From Candidatus Bathyarchaeia archaeon (GTDB lineage Archaea; Thermoproteota; Bathyarchaeia; Bathyarchaeales; Bathycorpusculaceae): DNA of 64,000 bases. The translations under genes were made by a program, and so were the position numbers. The DNA lies in NCBI GenBank assembly GCA_049516875.1, contig JBEKSS010000007.1:32001-96000 (forward strand), given 5' to 3'. Below the pieces are notes generated by a model. That model was not told where the DNA came from, did no database searches, and saw only the letters and a list, made by a program, of their open reading frames with translations. Shown piece after piece: positions 58,724 to 64,000 of the stretch; position 1 is the first letter of the stretch, and each line of letters opens with the position of its first letter.

Positions 58724-60085
58724 ACTGATCCGAGTGTCAGTTCTGGCTATCGAGCGCATGATTCTTCGCATCATAATCCACCGAAGGAAACCAATCGCGT
58801 ATTTGCTGCCCTTGTATCTTGCTGAAAAATAACAATGGAGAAAGGTCGAATGTCGATAACCTAGTGCGGATACAGGCCTGTCCAGATCAAAGGTCTTAAA
58901 CCATTCGAAAAATTCTCTTGCGCCTTGTATTCCATTCCCAGTTTCTTTTCCATTGTCTAAGATGTCCATGATGTTGTTTTGCATATCTTTCCATTCCCCA
59001 CGAAGTAAAGACTGATCTGAGGTCAGTACACCGTAGCTCAGACGGGTTTTAATCAGCTTGAACGCATCTTCGGGCCTTAGTGAAAAGTTGCTCCTTGCGG
59101 GATCAATATTCGCCAATGCCAATTCTGCTATAGTTCTTAGACATTTCTCGCATACACAGCAATTGAGAGCCTGAGGGGCCCTAGGAGTTGCAAAGAATCT
59201 GGCGCTTGAGCCGCAAACAATCAAATTAGAAAAGTAACGAGAATTACCGTTTAAGATGCGCTGCGCTTTTTCAAGTCGAGTTAGTTCATGGTTGTCATAA
59301 ACCACTCTTGTGTTGCCTACAGAAACATCAGCGAGATGGAACAAAAAGGATCCATTTGGTTCCCAGACGTTCTTGCAGTCAGACGAGGCGACCAGAAGCG
59401 TTCCAAACTGAGGCGTGAGTAGAGGGCTTGCTGCACCAACCAGAAGCAAACCATGCGAAACCGCTAAACACCAAGTGAATCCCGCTGGGAGAAAATTCTT
59501 ATCCAGCAATTCACTATTGATTAGTTCACTTGCATTTGTTTTGACAAAATGAATATCCAGTCCTTCTTGATTCGCGAAGTCTTGAAGTTTGCTTTTTACC
59601 AGATTCCAGTATCTATGTTCGCAAGTGGGAATGTCGACTCCCCATATAGAAATCAAATCAGGCTTCTGCTCCTTATGCCGCAAATACGACGTCAACGAAT
59701 CAAGACCCCCAGTAAACAGCAGAGCAACTCGTTTGCCTGAAGAAGCATCAGAAACAATATGGTCCACATGTATTTCTGTTGAGAACGAAAATCGAGGAAA
59801 CCATTTTCTGAATGTTGACTCCACATTCTTGAGAGATCTTAGAAAACAAGCATCTGCACTTTCCAGATAGACATCAGCCCCTACAGCCCATGCGACTGGG
59901 ACAACAACTGAAAGCGCTGGAATGGACAGAATACTCTTATTGATTTTCTCTATATTTTGATCAAACGTCAAGAAAAGACGATCCCCATTGAAGTATCTTC
60001 TGATTTTATCCGAAAAGTAAAACTTAACAAAAAGCCTATTGTCAACAGCCCGCAAATCATCTACTCTAATAAACTCTTTGCTCAA
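58715..60085 (-). CDS. PP-loop (QueC/MurL-like architecture) protein of unknown function
   Basis: ALLFTGGLDS; C-terminal C...CCVCEKCLRT. Confidence 0.65.
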   Translation of the reverse strand: MSKEFIRVDDLRAVDNRLFVKFYFSDKIRRYFNGDRLFLTFDQNIEKINKSILSIPALSVVVPVAWAVGADVYLESADACFLRSLKNVESTFRKWFPRFSFSTEIHVDHIVSDASSGKRVALLFTGGLDSLTSYLRHKEQKPDLISIWGVDIPTCEHRYWNLVKSKLQDFANQEGLDIHFVKTNASELINSELLDKNFLPAGFTWCLAVSHGLLLVGAASPLLTPQFGTLLVASSDCKNVWEPNGSFLFHLADVSVGNTRVVYDNHELTRLEKAQRILNGNSRYFSNLIVCGSSARFFATPRAPQALNCCVCEKCLRTIAELALANIDPARSNFSLRPEDAFKLIKTRLSYGVLTSDQSLLRGEWKDMQNNIMDILDNGKETGNGIQGAREFFEWFKTFDLDRPVSALGYRHSTFLHCYFSARYKGSKYAIGFLRWIMMRRIMRSIARTDTRISAR

Positions 60086-60339
60086 AGCTTCACCACCAAC
60101 ATCCTCAAACGGGCACTGTAGCTGTCAATTCGATCGATTGGAACTTTGGGCCCTGCACCTGAACACGCGAACGTAGTCACACTAGCCTTCCTAGCCATCC
60201 CGGATGCCTCTGCACAAATATTGTATATCAAGATTTAATATGATATTCCTCCAACAGAATGTATCAAAAAACGATAGGTCCCGAAAGCTGTCTCTCGACC
60301 AATCGATCAAAACAAAGATGATTCACGCGCACTACTCTA

Positions 60340-60347
60340 GCGCGCGC
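60340..60347. repeat. Intergenic GCGCGCGC octamer
   Basis: CTCTAGCGCGCGCG between divergent genes. Confidence 0.7.
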
Positions 60348-60639
60348 GGGGCGTTTTGATGCTTGCAAGCGCATTTGCAACAATGGGCAAAAGAATGTGA
60401 AAGGCTAAAAGTGACCGCGTCTTCTGTCATTCGGCGTCAGAGTCTCAACCTTGGCGACGGGATGTCAACTTCACGCGAAGGATTTCCCCTAGACCTTTTT
60501 CAACTCTTTTATCTTCACTCACTGAGCGGATTGTTTGAAGGCGCTGATATGTTTATATAAATTGCACGGCTATCTGAGTTGTGACCTGTAGCTGATTTAG
60601 CGTGTAAACTCCCATACACTGGGGTTCGAGGGCGTCCTG

Positions 60640-63345
60640 TTGAAGAAGATTGGAGATAGGCTGCATGCTAACCATTTGGAAATCATAGTGCTTATTGTAC
60701 TTTTCCTGTTCAGCCTTAGAGTCATCAACTGGTTTGAACCACCATATATATTGACTAGTGGAGACTTGAGGGCTCCGTTAGTTAATCAAGCCTTTGTCAA
60801 TCGCGTCATGTACACGTGGAATGAGATAGACTTTGGTCTACCTTCAGTTTATTCTCCTAGAATTCTTGATCCGTTCTATTTTTTCATGACAGTTCTACAG
60901 TCTCTTGGCGTTGGCCTATATTTATCCGAGGTCGTGACAGTGTTTTTGTTGTTTTTCCTTTCATCTACACTTATGTATGTATTTGTGAAGCAAGTGACAA
61001 ACGGTGACGTTGTTGCATCACTCGTGGCTGCTCTCTATTTGACTTCTAATTTGTATCTGATCAATGACAGAGAAGCGACAGCTATTGGGTTCATAGATAT
61101 CACGCTAATTGTCTTGCCCTGTTTGATAACGTTCGTAAAAGGAATCAAGACACAATCATACAGAATGATAGCAATTTCAGGGATATTATGCACACTGACC
61201 TACGCCACGTTTCCAAACTACAGGACGACTCTTATCTGTCTAATCACGCTTGGCCTACTCTCTGTTTTTTATTTTGCAACTAAGGGGTTACATGTTAGTT
61301 TCAATAGTCAAAAGGGATCCAAGAAAATATCTGGGGTATACGTGGATGTTGCCTTGCTAGGACATTATTTTAAGCTTCTTGTAGTTTTTGTAACCGCGCT
61401 TTTGTCAGCGTCTATCTGGGTTGGTGCAATACTCTTTTCAAGTTTCAATGTTTTGAGTGCAGCATACGCTCAGATAACTACACCAGTGTTTGTTGGTGGC
61501 CTAAAATTATACGACGTAACAAGACTCATTGTAAAATGGGGTTTCTACAGCGGCGCTCTAGGCAGGCCATACCTCCCTTACGGCCATGTATACTTAGGCG
61601 ACCCCTTAATCATCATTCTTTGCTACTTTCCTGCCATTTTAGCGTTTGCAAGCCTGTTATTGTCCAAAAAACATGAAATTGCGCTGTTCTTTGGTTCTGT
61701 GGCCATTCTTGGCATTTTTCTAGCTTCAGGCTTCAGCTTCAATCAATATATAAACAATTTTTACACCGCTTTGGTGGGGCTTCCTTTTCTCAATGCCTTC
61801 AGAGAAGCGTCAAATTGGATATTCTTCGTAATTATCTCTTTCAGCATTCTCATAGGCATGACCTCATCGGTCGTGTTTCATAGGTTCAAAAACAAGGTGC
61901 TACGGATACTCGTGATAAGCCTTGTCGCTCTTCTCTTCATTACGACAACGTATCCCTTAACTACAGGTGAAGTTGCAGAAAACTGGCTTAGCCCAAACAT
62001 TAAAGGGACATATCTACCATCTTCTTATGTCCAACTCAATGATGTGCTTTCAAATCAGTACTGGGCTCTCTTGCTTCCACAAAGAGGTACTTACGTCACC
62101 TACAATTTTAGCGGGATGCCCTTTGGTGCTGGAAATCCTTACCCACTGATTTTTTCGAAGCCCATAATATCTGGATCAGGAACAGAATACATTCAGTCCG
62201 AAAACCTAGACTTGCTGAATAAAGTTTATGGATTGATGCTGACAAACGAGTATGAAAATGTAGCACCCGAAGGAAACGCTTCAGGGAGTTCAGTCGGAAA
62301 AAACGGATTAGTACCAGCTCAAGCCATTGATGGAGATTATGGCACCAGATGGGCGTCTGAACACGGTATGCCACAGTGGCTCGAAATCGATTGGAACAAG
62401 AACCAAGAATTGTCAAGAATAAAGATAGTTTTCGAAAATGCATACGCAAACGACTACACCATAGAAACGTGGAACGGCTCCAACTGGACAACCCAAACAA
62501 AAGTGGAAAACAACACCAGTCTTCAACCTGAATATGCATTTTCACAGTTGACTCCTACAACGAGGCTCCGCATAAACTTCACCGAGGCTTTACCCTTTAA
62601 TATGGTAAGCATATGGGAACTGGAGGTCTACGCTCACACCGAGGCAGTTTCAAAATTTCTAGGTATGTTGGGCATCGAATCCCTTGTACTTGAAAAAGAC
62701 ATTGTTTTTGGTAATGTATACGACGTGAGCGAGCTCAGGATTAACCAAAGCGACAACTTTATTCTAACTAAAGAATGGGACGAAGTCCTACTGTACAATA
62801 ACACCTGTGCGTTGCAGAAACTCTACACAGCCAATAACATCTTTAACTATGCAACATTAGATGACATTTTCCAAATCGTAGATAAGTCAGAATGGGAGAC
62901 TTTGCAACACTCCGCGCTTATCAATTCAACATCAACAAGCACAATAAAAAACGATGAGCTAGTGTCCCCAGAAAACTTTGTGTGGACAGAGCTCTCTCCC
63001 GCGAGCTATCTGGCACACGTGGAATCGACAGGTCCCTTTGTCTTAGTTTTTTTGGAGAGCTATGATGAACACTGGAAGGTGTCCGTAAACGGCAATCCAG
63101 TTTCTGAAACAAACCATCATGACGTGAACGCTTTTGCAAACGGTTGGCTAATAAACAGCACAGGAGACCTTACAATATCGATACAATATGAGACACAAAA
63201 CGTTTTTCTTATATCGGTAGTTGCGTCTTTAGTTCTTCCCGCGCTGTTACTAGCATTCTTGAGCAGAAAAGAACTAAGGAGGATCGGCAATCTAATTCGT
63301 CGCAGACTCAAATCCATGAAAGTAAAATCGAAACATGAGATGTGA
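60640..63345 (+). CDS. Multi-TM GT-C-like (AftD/YfhO-like) protein with F5/8 type C discoidin domain
   Basis: More than 10 TMs; AIDGDYGTRWAS...WLEIDW...SIWELEVY; FLESYDEHW...NAFANGW tail. Confidence 0.75.
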   Translation: MKKIGDRLHANHLEIIVLIVLFLFSLRVINWFEPPYILTSGDLRAPLVNQAFVNRVMYTWNEIDFGLPSVYSPRILDPFYFFMTVLQSLGVGLYLSEVVTVFLLFFLSSTLMYVFVKQVTNGDVVASLVAALYLTSNLYLINDREATAIGFIDITLIVLPCLITFVKGIKTQSYRMIAISGILCTLTYATFPNYRTTLICLITLGLLSVFYFATKGLHVSFNSQKGSKKISGVYVDVALLGHYFKLLVVFVTALLSASIWVGAILFSSFNVLSAAYAQITTPVFVGGLKLYDVTRLIVKWGFYSGALGRPYLPYGHVYLGDPLIIILCYFPAILAFASLLLSKKHEIALFFGSVAILGIFLASGFSFNQYINNFYTALVGLPFLNAFREASNWIFFVIISFSILIGMTSSVVFHRFKNKVLRILVISLVALLFITTTYPLTTGEVAENWLSPNIKGTYLPSSYVQLNDVLSNQYWALLLPQRGTYVTYNFSGMPFGAGNPYPLIFSKPIISGSGTEYIQSENLDLLNKVYGLMLTNEYENVAPEGNASGSSVGKNGLVPAQAIDGDYGTRWASEHGMPQWLEIDWNKNQELSRIKIVFENAYANDYTIETWNGSNWTTQTKVENNTSLQPEYAFSQLTPTTRLRINFTEALPFNMVSIWELEVYAHTEAVSKFLGMLGIESLVLEKDIVFGNVYDVSELRINQSDNFILTKEWDEVLLYNNTCALQKLYTANNIFNYATLDDIFQIVDKSEWETLQHSALINSTSTSTIKNDELVSPENFVWTELSPASYLAHVESTGPFVLVFLESYDEHWKVSVNGNPVSETNHHDVNAFANGWLINSTGDLTISIQYETQNVFLISVVASLVLPALLLAFLSRKELRRIGNLIRRRLKSMKVKSKHEM

Positions 63346-63372
63346 AACGCTTCCTAACAAACAACCTTCGTG

Positions 63373-63391
63373 GCGCGCGCGTAGCGCGTTT
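63373..63391. repeat. Intergenic GCGCGCGC octamer plus CGTAGCGCGTTT
   Basis: 28 nt after the stop at 63345. Confidence 0.7.
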
Positions 63392-63499
63392 GCGGAACAG
63401 CCAAAAACATTCTATCTCGTGAAATTTAATTAGCCAGTCTGCTAATAACGTCTAATGCAACAAAGAATTCGGCGGTGTAACAGATTCGGTGTATGTGAT

Positions 63500-64000
63500 A
63501 TGGCAAATTACATTTTCACAAGGCTCAAAATATTTCTGAGCAACCCCATTAAAACGATAGAACGTTTGAAGCAGGTGGAACTATATGCACAGGAATATCA
63601 AGAGATTTTCATAGTTCAGCCATATTTCTGGCTCTTCAACCTAGTAAGACCAGGTACAACCATTGTAGACATAGGAGCCACCATAGGCGATACTTCGATC
63701 TACTTTGCAATGAACCCTAACGTGAGTAGAGTAATTGCTTATGAGCCAAACGTAAACTTGTTTAGAGAAGCAGAAGAGAATGTTAGTAAAAGCCCTTTTC
63801 CGCTTAGGCAAAAAATAACCCTGCACAAAGCTCAGATAGGCAATTATGAGGAATGGGGAGGGTGGATTGGAACAACTGATCGAAACGAGACAGATAAAAC
63901 AGAATATTCTTTGGATCAGGCTCTCCGACTACTGGATAACGTGGCGATAAAATGCGATGTAGAAGGAGCAGAAATTAACATCTTCAATGAAAGAACTGAC
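63500..64000 (+). CDS. FkbM family methyltransferase, truncated by window end (not in ORF track)
   Basis: ATG 63500 with open frame to the end; IVDIGATIGDTSIYFA, VIAYEPN, KCDVEGAE. Confidence 0.88.
   Translation, partial: MANYIFTRLKIFLSNPIKTIERLKQVELYAQEYQEIFIVQPYFWLFNLVRPGTTIVDIGATIGDTSIYFAMNPNVSRVIAYEPNVNLFREAEENVSKSPFPLRQKITLHKAQIGNYEEWGGWIGTTDRNETDKTEYSLDQALRLLDNVAIKCDVEGAEINIFNERTD

Noticed and set aside
58715-60085. GAT-QueC archaeosine synthase partnering tgtA
   Set aside because: No N-terminal Met-Cys Ntn amidotransferase domain; context is glycan genes.
1-64000. tRNA/rRNA genes, ORB origin boxes, Sec/Pyl readthrough
   Set aside because: None recognised by eye; tRNAscan-SE and Infernal would be needed to exclude them formally.

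Overview
Archaeal chromosomal fragment, most likely Bathyarchaeia. This is inferred from eL38, SmAP3, tgtA, cofE, a cdhABCDE cluster with two cooC genes, and frequent TTG starts. Contents in order: a SAM methyltransferase; a MacB/FtsX-type ABC system; an intact-looking DDE insertion sequence (4805-5906); the CODH/ACS cluster plus cooT; a LonC-type protease; a housekeeping block (GxGD protease, archaemetzincin, aCPSF2, PHP, tgtA, M28 peptidase, PAC2, SmAP3, Lrp, glmU/glmM-like); a type IV pilus-like locus with six pilin-like genes; surface/S-layer candidates; and an AT-rich glycan-modification island running off the right end. The most unusual signal is non-coding. The octamer GCGCGCGC occurs eight times, always intergenic, at the borders of accessory genes and of two gene-less segments, and the IS sits in the same kind of site. 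The bracketed segments share further motifs, and one carries a palindrome array, a lone CRISPR-repeat-like sequence and a three-way-junction fold. Two genes absent from the ORF track (cooT and a partial FkbM methyltransferase) and three probable non-canonical starts (CTG, ACG, CTA/ATC) were found. All calls are by eye; no database search was run.
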